Source: an uncultured Acidobacteriota bacterium (GTDB taxonomy: Bacteria > Acidobacteriota > Vicinamibacteria > Vicinamibacterales > UBA2999). From it: a stretch of DNA of 64,000 bases. The position numbers and the translations under genes are program-made. The notes under the pieces were generated by a model. The model was not told the DNA's origin. It worked only from the letters and a program-made list of their open reading frames with translations, and ran no database searches. The DNA lies in the NCBI GenBank assembly GCA_963815285.1, contig CAWFGB010000005.1, positions 423,919-487,918 of the forward strand, written 5' to 3'. This document shows positions 7,924 to 18,141 of the stretch, one piece after another. The first letter of the stretch is position 1. Each line of letters begins with the position of its first letter.

Positions 7924-10900
7924 ATGCAGAAAACCGCCGCTCCTCCACTCGCCTTTGCTTCGGTCGCGCACGTCTGTCACCGCGGCCTCCTTGCTATTGG
8001 GCTCGTCGCTTCAAGTGGTCAGATGGGCGGTCAGACCCCGGCTCCCACAGCGTGCAGTACTCCCGGGGATACTTGATAACCGGTGATTACGTTGTCGAGT
8101 GGCGTGGACCTGCCGGCAGGTGGGGGTCTGGCACCATCAATTTCAACCCACGTTGAATAACACGGTGCCGGCTAACGCCGAGGTGATTGCGGCCTGCGCA
8201 ATTTGGGAAACCATCGAGCCAGTGGCCAACACAACATTTGCCGGCGCGGAGTTCCGCGGTCAACCAATCATGTCGCCAAGGTGTTTCGTGTGACGTCGCT
8301 TCCGGGAACTGGCTCCAGTTGCTGGGGGAGCAGCGGCAATGCCAACAAGTTTCTGACGACCTTCCGCGTCGACCTGCTCCACTGCTGCCGAAGAGTACGA
8401 CGTGGACGGCAAGTGGACCGGCACCTATCTGGTCAACGACGCCGATCTGATCGCTAATGGCCTGCCGGCAGGGCACACCATCAACCTGCCACGATTGGAA
8501 TGGCAACACCACGACGACGGCTGCGGGCGCCACGATCGTGATGGTGTGGCGCAAAGCCGATGAACCGCTGCGAAAGATCGTCATGTACGACGGCGCGGCG
8601 ATACAGGCGCAAGGCGCGATCACGACGCACACGCTCGCCGGGTTCTACAGGGCCGCCTCGGCGTCCCCCGCGAAGCTCACGTACGTCGTCGGCACCGGCG
8701 CCGACAACCCGAACGACCGGGTATTTTTCAATGGCGCGGTCGTCGGGACGAATTCTTTTATCAGGCCCATCGGCGCCGGATCGGATCGCGGCTGGTCCAA
8801 TCCCACTTTCAATATCACTGCGCAGCAGATGGCGAACCTTCCCGTCGACCCCAACTTTGGCCAGGTGGTGACGACGCGGGTGGATCACGGGCAGAACGCG
8901 CAAGCCTCCACGCCGTACCAGTGCATCTCCGTGGCCTCGATCATCTTCAGCACGACGGTCGCGGACGGGGACAACGACGGGTTGCCCGACGGCATCGAAG
9001 AGGCGGCGAACGGGTTGAAAGATCCACCAACCCCCGCGTTCCCGACGGGTGAGCCGCTGCCGAACCTCAACGCCATGGGTGCGCTAATCAACCAGCGAGA
9101 TCTCTTCGTCGAGATCAACGCCACCAAGGCTCCGGCGAACACAACCTATGGAGCCCCGGATGCTCCCTACAATTCGACCATCGTGTCGGTGACCGATACC
9201 CAGGGCCACGATCACATGCCTCCGCATGAGGTCCTGAAGATGGTCGGAGACGCCTACGCGGCCGCCCCCAATGGTGGCATCAAGGCGCATTTCGATGTCG
9301 GCGATCTGGCCGTGTATCGCGGCCTGGGCCCCGACTATGCGTGTCCGGTGGGCGAGCTGGACTGCGACAAGTATTTCGTTCCGACGGCGCACCGCGCGGC
9401 GGGGAACGCATCGAAGAGCGCGCTTGCGAAGACTGCCAGTTCTTCGCCTTCCCGGGAACGATAGGGTGGCCCTCGGCTTCCGCGCGTATCGGGATGCTGT
9501 GGTCGCCGCAGACGGCGCGGAGGTCACCACCCTCGCCGAAGTGCAGGCCGGCGCTCCCGAGGAGGGCGAACTGCGCCGCCGCTTTGATCGCAACCGGCAG
9601 CCGTATATCCACTATCAGATTTTCGCGCACGCGCGCGGCAGGGCGCTGTCGGCCTTCCCGTGTCTCCAGGGCACGGGTCAACAGACCCAGGAAACGGGCT
9701 ACGATCCGGCCAACCCGGGGGTATGCGCCAGCAAAGCAACCCGCGGTTTCATGTGCCGACGAGCACGTCAGGCATCTCAGAACTCCCCGGCGGCAGCCAC
9801 ATGGTGTCGCTCGGCCTGTGGGACACCGACAAGTTCGTCGCCTCGAAGTCCATGCAGGCCTCGACGTTTTTCCACGAGCTCGGGCACGGCCTCAATCTGT
9901 GGCACGGCGGCAAGGCAGCCATTTTCGGCAATGCCACGACACCCACACAGGTGGAACCCAACTGCAAGCCGAACTACCGAGCTCGATGAGCTACCTGTTT
10001 CAGGCCCACGGCTTGGTAAATAACGCGGGCCAGCTCAACATCGATTACTCGGGGACGCTGCACAACCCGCTCGACAAACGTCGCTCAGCAATGGGCTTTC
10101 TCCCGGCCCGAAATATCGCGCGGCGTGGTTTGCACCGCTTGACAGTGCCTTGGCCACGGGCGGGACTGCGGCAAAGCGGTTCTGCAACGGCGCGACCTTC
10201 GATCCGGATCACCACCCGCACCGATGGCTCGCGTGCTGGCAGCAGCACGTCCGCCCTCCTCCACTGGGACGGGGATAGCGTCCACCCGCCTGGGAAGGCC
10301 ACCTCACAAATCTGGACATCAACTTCGACGGCACAGAAACCGAACTGGTGGGGTTCAACGATTGGAACAATGTCCGCCTCAATCAGATCAGTGCCGGCCG
10401 CACGCCGCGCGTGTTTCGGAGTGCCAACGAGTTGCGGCTGGACTACGCGTCCGGCGACCTGCTCGAGTTCGGCACCGGTGATCTGCTCGAGTTCGGTGCC
10501 GGCGACTTACTGGAGTTCGGCGCTGGATCCCACATCGTTCACCTCGGCACGGGCGATTTCTTCAGCTACCTCTCGGGGGACCTGCTCGAGTTCGGTACGG
10601 GTGACCTGCTCGAATTCGGCACCGGTGATCTCCTGGAGTTCGGCACGGGCGTCATGATGCTCGTCCACGCGGACGCAAACGACCCGACAACGGCGATCTG
10701 CTCGAATTCGGCACCGGTGATCTGCTCGAATTCGGCACCGGTGATCTGCTCGAATTCGGCACGGGCGACCTGCTCGAGTTCGGCACGGGCGACCTGCTCG
10801 AGTTCGGCACCGGTGACTTGCTCGAATTCGGCGCGGGAGATTTGCTGGAGTTCGGCACAGCGGCAACCCAGGATATTGACTTGAACACGGCGATCGAGCT

Positions 10901-11605
10901 CGCAATCCCGCGTCCGACCGACCTCGAGGTGTGCGTGCTTGGCGTTGACTGCCCCGCGCCGCAACCGGGGCCGTTCGAGCCGAATTACCACCGTTTCCGG
11001 CTCGATTGGGTTGTGCCGTCGTTCGGAACGATACGCAGGTACGATGTGTATCGGCAGGTCGGAAACGTCGCAGCCCAACTTGTCGGCAGCGTTGCGCGAG
11101 TTGGACTGGAACCGCCGGCCACGACGTTTATCGATTCCGAGGAGCTCCCGAACGGCGTGACGTTCATCTATACCGTCCTTGCCATCCACGAGGACGGCAC
11201 CGTCAACGGCGCTGCGAGCCCACCTTCGGACCCGGAGAGGTCGAGAGTGGCGGTCAATACCCCGCCAGTCGCGCTGCCCGACAGCTATCAGACAACAAAG
11301 AACACGCTGCTGACCGTTCCTGCTCCGGGCGTGCTCACCAATGACATCGCGTCCCCGACGTTCGACGTCGACAGCCCGCCGACCTCCAGCAGGCTGTCCG
11401 CATCTCGAGCCCGCCGTCCAGCGGCACGCTCACCCCGAACGCGAATGGGTCGTTTACCTTCAGGCCGAAAAACGGATTCACCGGCACGGTGACCTTCGCC
11501 TATGTGGCGGACAACGGCCTCTGGCTCGGTGACCCGCGTAACCCCAAAGCGAAACTGAGCGGGGAATCCAACCCGGCAACGGTCACGATCACGGTCGTGC
11601 CCTGA
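7924..11605 (+). pseudogene. Large secreted multidomain metzincin-type zinc metalloprotease, reading frame broken at least 10 times
   Basis: Protein-like sequence hops among all three forward frames. It starts with the signal peptide MQKTAAPPLAFASVAHV (7924), then the track pieces 8099..8293, 8203..8457 and 8457..9464 (DGDNDGLPDGIEE, a TSP3-like Ca-binding motif). Next come GGERIEERACEDCQFFAFPGTIGWP, LGFRAYRDAVV...YIHYQIFAHARG, and 9660..9989 (FFHELGHGLNLWHGG, the HExxH site). These are followed by SSMSYLFQ (a Met-turn-like motif) and 10348..10884 plus 10818..11492 (GDLLEFGT repeats, an FN3-like region, and a cadherin/Ig-like [31 protein letters not shown]). The last piece is a start-less frame ending at TGA 11603-11605 ([33 protein letters not shown]). 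Confidence 0.65.
10453..10859 (+). repeat. 24-nt coding tandem repeat: 13 good copies (3+3+7) of the octapeptide G-D-L-L-E-F-G-T/A, plus 2 degenerate copies
   Basis: ggcgacctgctcgagttcggcacc and close variants occur at 10453-10524, 10576-10647 and 10692-10859. Blocks 1-2 are in frame 1 and block 3 is in frame 0, so there is a one-base frame change at about 10680. Confidence 0.9.
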
Positions 11606-11632
11606 TGTAGGCGGTCTTCGAAATCGGCGGAT

Positions 11633-11662
11633 CCGGCAGGGTGAGTGCGCTCGCCCTGCCGG
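11633..11662 (+). terminator. Strong hairpin downstream of the metalloprotease frame (terminator-like, no U tract)
   Basis: CCGGCAGGG-tgagtgcgctcg-CCCTGCCGG forms a 9-bp perfect stem, extendable by U-G and GAG/CTC inside the loop. Confidence 0.45.
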
Positions 11663-11732
11663 GGCCGAATCCCCTCGCTCCCTTCTGAAATCCTTCACCA
11701 CTGAGTGTCGTGCGGTGGTGTGTCGGTGCCTA

Positions 11733-12751
11733 GAGCGTTTTTCATAACGATGTAGCGACGCGATAGCCGCAGTGGCGCACGTAGTTCGCGCATTCGGTCG
11801 GGCGTGAAGAGGCGCGAGCGCGGCCGCGATCAGCTCGCACACGTGGTCGAAGGTGCGTGGGCGCGCGGCGCGCAGAAACGCTTTCAGCTTGGCAAACGCT
11901 TGTTCGATCGGATTGAAGTCGGGACTGTAGGGCGGCAGGAAGCGGAGCGTGCGCGCCGACCGCGTTCAATCGCGGCGCGGATCTCGGGCTGTTTGTGGAC
12001 CGCGAGATTGTCGAGGACGACGACATCGCCCGGCCGAAGCGTCGGCACCAGGACCTGCTCGACATAGGCGCAGGAACGTCGGCGTTGTCGAGGGGTCCAT
12101 CGAACACGGCCGGGGCGGTGAGCCCGTCGAGGCGCAAGCCCGCGACCACGGTGTGCGTCTGCCAGTGGCTGCACGGCGTGTGGTCCTGCGAGCCGCGTCC
12201 CGCGCGGACTCCGCCCATACCGGCGCAGGAGGTCCGTCGTCACGCCACATTCATCGAGAAAGACGTACTGGCGCACATCGGCAGCGGCTGCCAGTCGCGC
12301 CACCGGCGCCGCGCCGCCGCGACATCAGGCCGGCGTTGTTCGTCGGCGTGTACCGTTTTTTTAACGGTCAACCCCAGTCGATCAATCGCGCGCCACAGCG
12401 TGCTCAGCGCCGGCCGTGGTCGGCAGCGCGTCGCGCAGTTCCGCCAGCGTCGCATCGGGCCGCGCGGTGATCAGGGCGACAGGCGCTCCTCCTGCGCGCG
12501 GTCAACGCGCGGCGAGCGAAACTTCGTTTGCTTCCGCGGCGCAATCGAGCCCGTCTCGCGCCGCCGCTGCATCAACCGATGCACCCACGCCCGACTGACC
12601 TCGTATTTCGCCGCGACGACTGTCGGCGTCCATGCCTGCATCCCAGGCGCGCAACACCCGCGTCCGCAAATCGATCGAGTACGGCCGCCATCGCACCTCC
12701 ATGCCCTGGGAGAAGTACCATGGCGGGTATACGTACAAGAGGAAAACGCTC
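11733..12751 (-). mobile_element. IS630-family insertion sequence remnant (about 1.0 kb) flanked by TA
   Basis: The ends are GAGCGTTTT (11733-) and AAAACGCTC (-12751), short inverted repeats each abutted by TA (11731-32 and 12752-53), the usual IS630 target duplication. The interior encodes IS630-type transposase fragments. Confidence 0.65.
11742..12702 (-). pseudogene. IS630-family DDE transposase, frameshifted into at least 4 pieces
   Basis: The pieces are MEVRWRPYSIDLRTRVLRAWDAGMDA (12502..12738), ALSTLWRAIDRLGLTVKKTVHADEQRRPDVAAARRRW (12240..12455), YVFLDECGVTTDLLRRYGRSPRGTRL...[29 protein letters not shown] (11884..12303) and [17 protein letters not shown] (11742..12218). [13 protein letters not shown] lies in yet another frame. 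Confidence 0.7.
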
Positions 12752-13112
12752 TAACGAGCCGGCTTTAGGCTTCCGTTTCAATCGTTAGCTTCCCTTGGAT
12801 AGAGCCTGTAGCCGTGGTGAGCTAGCCGTCGAGAATGGCCAATCACGACCAGTTTCGGCGTGGTTAGAAGAGCAACCGGTTTGGCAGGCGACACCGAGGC
12901 CGAGGAGATTCCAGGCTCGATCGCTCGACGTTCGGGCGACCACTACTTGGGAACGACGGTCAACGCGGCGACCTCCGCAGGGTCTCGGAATCACTCTGAG
13001 ACATGCGCTACGATTGCCGCGCCAAGGCAATTCGCTGTGACGACGTGAGGCTCCATCAATTCAGGCGACCGCCCGCATTTCGCTCATGGTGTGGCGATTG
13101 ATCTGAGCGGTG

Positions 13113-16100
13113 CTAGCCTCCAGCGCGGCGACGGACTTCGGGGAGCAGCGGATCTTCGGTCGACGCGCTGCGGATTTTCAAGTACTCGCGGTACGACTCG
13201 GCATACCCCGCGGTGCCCAATGCTTCGCGCACGCGGCCCTGGTAGTAGTAGACCACCGGGAAGTGCCCGTAGGTGGGTCCCTCTTCCATGAGCGACAGCG
13301 CCTCTCCACGGCGTGCGATGCAGCGGTCGAACTCGGAATCGGCCTGGGTGAACGCGCCGCCGACTTCGAGGTATGCCCGTCCAAGGGCAAAGCGGCCGAT
13401 CCAGGTGTCGAGCAGCGACGTGGCTTCGGTGAGGATCTTGATCGCGTCACGAGCGTCGCCTTTCTTGAGCGCGATCTCGCCCAGGATGATCTTTCCATGC
13501 GCTTGCGGGGTTGCCGGCAGCTCGGCGGTGAGCGTCGCGGCCACATCCTCCGCCTTGTCAAGCGCGCCCGCTTCGACAAACGCTCGCGCCGCGAGAAACC
13601 GAACCTCCATGCCGGTCGACGTAGCCAGCGCGCGGTCGGCGGCGGCGATCGCGGGTGCGTTCGCGCCCCTCATCAAGTGGGCATGCGCGATCGAGGTGAG
13701 TTTGATCGCTGCTCTCAAGTTGCTCTTGGTCGCAAGGTCCGCCACCGCACCCTTTTCGAGGATCGCGATGGCGTCCCCGAAGCGTCCTTGATAGATCGCG
13801 ACATCGGCCAGGCCCGTCGCGGAAAATGAGGCACCGAGCGGCCCCATCGAGGCCATTTTTTCGTAGGTGGCCGTGGCCTCCGGCAGCAGCCCGCGGCCTA
13901 TCTGGCTGTAGGCGAGCGCCAGCAGCGCGCGGCGGAGTCGGCTGCGGAATCGAATTCACTTCGTTCTCGACCGCCTCGAAATCGCCCGCAAACGCTGGTC
14001 AGCAGCGCCAGGTTGGTCCGATACCCGAATGGTTCGGCAGCATCTGCACGGCTTGGCGGATCTCACTCCACGGCCTCGCGCATCTGCTTCAATTGGACGA
14101 GGCACGACGCCCGCTGAATGTGCGCCACCGTGTCTGCCGGGAAGCGAGCGAGCAACTCGCCATACTCTTTAGCGCACTGCGTGCTGTCACCCATCAACCT
14201 GTAATAGGCACCGCGCGTGAAGAACCGTTCGCGCTCGGTCAGGCCGTCGACATATCGGAACGCTTCTTTGATGTACTTTTTTGCATCCTCTGTCTTACCC
14301 AAGTTCGATGACATCGCGGCCAGTCCCTGGTAGCCAAGGCCAAATTTCGGGTCGAGATCCACCGCTCGCGGATAACTTTGCTGGCGTCCTCGAATGTCCC
14401 TTGGACTGTGCCTCGACTGCCGCGGCGTAGTGGCTCAATACGTCGAGCGAGCTCGTCGAGATCGTCCGCATGGCGAACATCTGGTCAGACTCAGATGTTC
14501 GGTCGCCGAGCGCCCTGCGAACCCTGGCGACGAGCCTCGTCGCAGTATCGAGAATTTGGTCTTTCTCCGACGCGACCGCACTGACGTCAGCGATTGGTTC
14601 CCCCGTGATTGTGTGCGCGGCCTTCACCGATATCTCGAAACCACCGCCTCTAGGCGCGATCCCTCCCGCAACGACAACGCTCAACCCCTGCTTCAGCGCG
14701 AGCTCGCGAGCTGCGACGGCGTCCAGATTTTCCGACGGCCGCACGCCTAACCCAAGCATTCGGGTGCGATCATAAGCGATGATGAAGCTCGCATCTTCCA
14801 AGGCGCGGCGAACAGTTGGTCCGAGCACGTTATCAAGCGTCGGATCGTTCGTGTTGTTCTGAAAATCCGCGATGACCACCGAAATCGGATCGGGTTCGAC
14901 AATCGGTGCGGAGAACCAGCGGGTGAAGTAGAACGTGCTTCCGAGCAGCAACACCACGACGACGCTGGCCGCAATCAACGCGCGCCGCGTGATGCGGCGG
15001 ATGATCGGCAGCGGCTTGCCATCCTCGTCCAGCCGCTCGAATGCCTGCTGAAGGTCGACGGTCGTCTGGAAGCGCTTCGCCGCATCGGGCTCCAGGCAGC
15101 GCCTGATGATCTCGTCAACCGCTTCCGGAATGCTCGGGTCGAGGCTGCGCGGCGGCGGCGGCGCGGTCTGCATGCGCTGCTGAAGCTCCGCGACTGCGCT
15201 CGGCGCCCGCTCCGAGCGCCGCCCGCCGATGACCATGTCGTACATGATCAAGCCGAAGGCGTAGATGTCGGCGCGTTGATCGACATCCTCGCCGCGCGCC
15301 TGCTCCGGCGCCATGTAGGCCACGGTGCCGACGATCGCGCCCGCCATGGTGCTGCTGGCGGCGGCGGCCGCCGTGCGGCTCAAGTCGGACGCGCGAATGG
15401 GTTTGAGCGACGGCGGGGACCCCTGGCCAGGACCACCGGCGGACCGCGCGATGCCGAAATCCATGATGGTCGGCGTGTCGTCCCAGCCGATCATGATGTT
15501 GGCCGGCTTGAGATCGCGATGGATGACGCCGGCCTCGTGAGCTGATACCAGCCCCGACACCGTCCCGCGGGCAATCAGCAGCGCGCGTTGCACATTGAGC
15601 TTTTTGTCCTGCTTGAGGATCGTGGCCAGATCGGAGCCGTCGATGAACGGCATCGTGATGTACTTGATGCCGTCGATATCCCCGAGGTCATGAATGCGGA
15701 TGATGTTGGGGTGCGTGACCTGCCGTGCGAGCAGCAGCTCGCGCTTGAAGCGACGTTCGATCTCGCTCGCTGCCGCGGGGTCGGCCGCTATCTCCGGACG
15801 GATCACCTTGACCGCGACGTCGACGCCGAGCTCGGCATCCCACGCTTGATAGACCGCCCCCATGCCTCCGACGCCCAACACGCGCGTGATCTTGTAGCGC
15901 GGGCCGAACGCTTGCCCAATCGCCAGCGGCCCCGTGTCGCTGTGTTTGCCGGTCGCGGCGCCACCGGTGCCGTGACTTTGATCTGCCGGCGCGCCGGAGG
16001 CCGGCTGCACCACCGGTCGTTGCTGGGTGGCGGGCCGTCGCGCGGGAGCCGGCGGCTGGTGCCGAGTGACATCGTCGTCGGCGGGTTGATACCGAGTGGC

Positions 16101-16438
16101 GTCGTCGTCGGCGGGTTGATACCGAGTGGCGTCGTCGTCGGCCGGTTGGTATCGAGTGACGTCGTCGGCCGGTTGATATCCGAGTCACGTCGTCCGCTGG
16201 CTCAAACCGAGTGACGTCGTCCGCTGGCTCAAATCTCGTGGCGTCGTCCGCCTCCTCGTCTTGAGGCCGCCGCTCTCCCGCAACCGGCAGCGATGGTCAG
16301 GTCAACGTCGCCGAGTGAGGTCAGATTGTCCTCGGACGTGGAGCGGGCGTCAGGACGTGCAGGCCGGTCGTTGAACGCACTGCGCGCATGGTCGTCCGGC
16401 GGTCGAGCATTTCCGGTTGATCGCGGCATGGTCTCCAT
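13113..16438 (-). pseudogene. Ser/Thr protein kinase with an N-terminal decapeptide repeat, a TM segment, an extracytoplasmic region and C-terminal TPR repeats; the frame is broken at least 4 times (the kinase core ORF 14295..16013 is intact)
   Basis: The kinase motifs GPRYKITRVLGVGGMGAVYQAWD, VAVKVIRPE, HRDLKPANIM, DFGIAR and VGTVAYMAPEQ lie in 14295..16013. The TPR continuation is split over 14063..14362 (VDLDPKFGLGYQGLAAMSSNLGKTEDAKKYIKEA) and 13113..13856. The N-terminal region is split between 16229..16543 and the repeat frames. Confidence 0.7.
16066..16260 (-). repeat. About 27-30 nt coding tandem repeat (about 7 units) at the 5' end of the kinase gene, encoding D-D-(D)-A/V-T-R-Y/F-Q/E-P-A
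   Basis: gtggcgtcgtcgtcggcgggttgataccga repeats with drift, read directly. The minus-strand translation upstream of the kinase ORF start gives YQPADDVTRYQPADDDATRYQPADDDATRYQPADDDVTRHQPP. Confidence 0.85.
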
Positions 16439-16851
16439 CTCCCAATGCAACCCGGTGCTCTCATCTGGCCAAAGTCCTGCAGCCACTGCCCAAGGAGTGA
16501 AGATCTTGCCCGGGCGTGGCGCGTCGCCAGGAAGCAGGGACAATTATCGCCGTATTTGCACAAGAAGCGAGTCCTTTCGTCGGTTTATTCGCCTGTGCCG
16601 GCCGGGGGAAGGCTCGAGGCGACAATCGGGCGGTCTCGAGACACCGGCTTTCCCCGCATCAGGGCACTTCACACTCGCGCTATCGCCCGTTTCGGGCAGA
16701 ATCCGACCATCCCACCCCTGACTGCGGCAGGAGGACGGATCGGGCTGGGTCAACTGAGGGAGGAGAGGCCCCGGAGCCCTCGGCTCTGGCCAAATCCGCA
16801 CCAAGCGAGTAATGTCTGCCACGAAGTTCCCGCATCTTCTGGAGGTTCCGA

Positions 16852-18123
16852 GTGCTTTCCCAGGCTGGTCGTCTTGCAATGGTCCTCGCCATCGTCGCGA
16901 CGGGTGTCGCCGTTCCCGTCGCCGAAAACGGACGCGATTTGGCCAAGGCGTCGCCGGAATCGGTTGGCGTATCGGCGGAGCGGCTCAAGCGGCTCGAAGC
17001 TGGACTGCAGCAGTTTGTCCAGGAGAATCGGCTCGCCGGCGTGACTACGCTGCTGGCGCGCCGCGGCAAGACGATTCACTCCTTCACCGTGGGCAGGAAG
17101 GACAGCCGCAAGCCCGATCCCATCACACGCGATTCGATTTTCCGCATCTACTCGATGACCAAGCCGGTAACCGCCGCGGCGATGATGATGCTCTTCGAGG
17201 AAGGGAAGTGGCAGCTCGACGATCCGGTCTCGCGCTACATTCCCGAGTTCGCGAAGCTGCAGGTTCACCTGGGCGATAACCCCGACGGAACGATGAAGCT
17301 GGAACCCGCGCGCCGCTCGATGACGATGAGGGAGTTGATGACGCACTCGGCCGGCCTCGGCTATGTGCTCAACCAGGCCAACGCCGTCGATCGGTTGATC
17401 ATCAAGGAGCAGATCCTCGATCCCAGTGCGCCGCTCCAGACGATGATTGACAAGCTGGCGAAGACGCCGCTCTCGGCACAACCGGGCACGCGCTGGTATT
17501 ACAGCATCGCCATCGACGTCCAGGGACATCTGGTCGAGAAGCTCTCGGGCCAGACGTTCGGCGAGTTCCTGCAAACGCGGCTCTTCGGACCTCTCGGGAT
17601 GAAGGACACCGCGTTCTATGTCCCGAAGGACAAGCTCGGACGTCTCGCCCGCATTCACACGGACGGCAAGGAGGGCGAAATCGCGCCGCCGAGCGACGAT
17701 GCCATGGACGTCACCATCGCGCCAGCGGGACCCTCAGGCGGCGGAGGACTGTTCTCGACTGCCGACGACTACTTGCGGTTTACGCAGATGCTCCTCAACG
17801 GTGGCGAGTTCGGCGGCCGGCGCTACTTGTCGCCGCGCACCGTACAGATGATGCGGACCAATCATCTCCAGGCCGAACCGCTCAAGACCGTGCGCGCCGG
17901 CACGGGATGGGGTTTGGGGTTCCGCACCGTCATCGACGCGGCGGCCGCTGGAGAGCCCGTCGCCGACGGCACCTTCGACTGGTACGGCATCGGCGGCACG
18001 TGGTTCTGGATCGACCCGGTATCGGACTTGACGTTCGTGGGGATGATTCAGCATCGCGGCCGCGCCAATAACGAGATTCGGACGATCTCGCGCAATCTGG
18101 TGTACCAGGCGCTGGTGAACTAG
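16852..18123 (+). CDS. Serine hydrolase of the beta-lactamase/transpeptidase-like family (class C/esterase type), secreted
   Basis: FRIYSMTKPVTAAAMMML carries the SxxK motif and there is a signal-like N-terminus. GGAGG lies upstream of the GTG start. Confidence 0.9.
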   Translation: MLSQAGRLAMVLAIVATGVAVPVAENGRDLAKASPESVGVSAERLKRLEAGLQQFVQENRLAGVTTLLARRGKTIHSFTVGRKDSRKPDPITRDSIFRIYSMTKPVTAAAMMMLFEEGKWQLDDPVSRYIPEFAKLQVHLGDNPDGTMKLEPARRSMTMRELMTHSAGLGYVLNQANAVDRLIIKEQILDPSAPLQTMIDKLAKTPLSAQPGTRWYYSIAIDVQGHLVEKLSGQTFGEFLQTRLFGPLGMKDTAFYVPKDKLGRLARIHTDGKEGEIAPPSDDAMDVTIAPAGPSGGGGLFSTADDYLRFTQMLLNGGEFGGRRYLSPRTVQMMRTNHLQAEPLKTVRAGTGWGLGFRTVIDAAAAGEPVADGTFDWYGIGGTWFWIDPVSDLTFVGMIQHRGRANNEIRTISRNLVYQALVN

Positions 18124-18141
18124 CCGGTCACGAAGGAAACG

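Noticed and set aside
10566-11189. Minus-strand ORFs with PNSSRSPV / ELEQV(A/T)GAE repeats (10566..11189, 10652..10888, 10507..10905)
   Set aside because: They are antisense readings of the 24-nt GDLLEFGT repeat. The plus strand connects to protease, FN3 and cadherin-like sequence on both sides.
16439-16851. 412-nt intergenic region upstream of the serine hydrolase, examined for a riboswitch or sRNA
   Set aside because: I could not match any conserved riboswitch core by eye, and there is no convincing terminator or antiterminator pair. A covariance-model scan would be needed.
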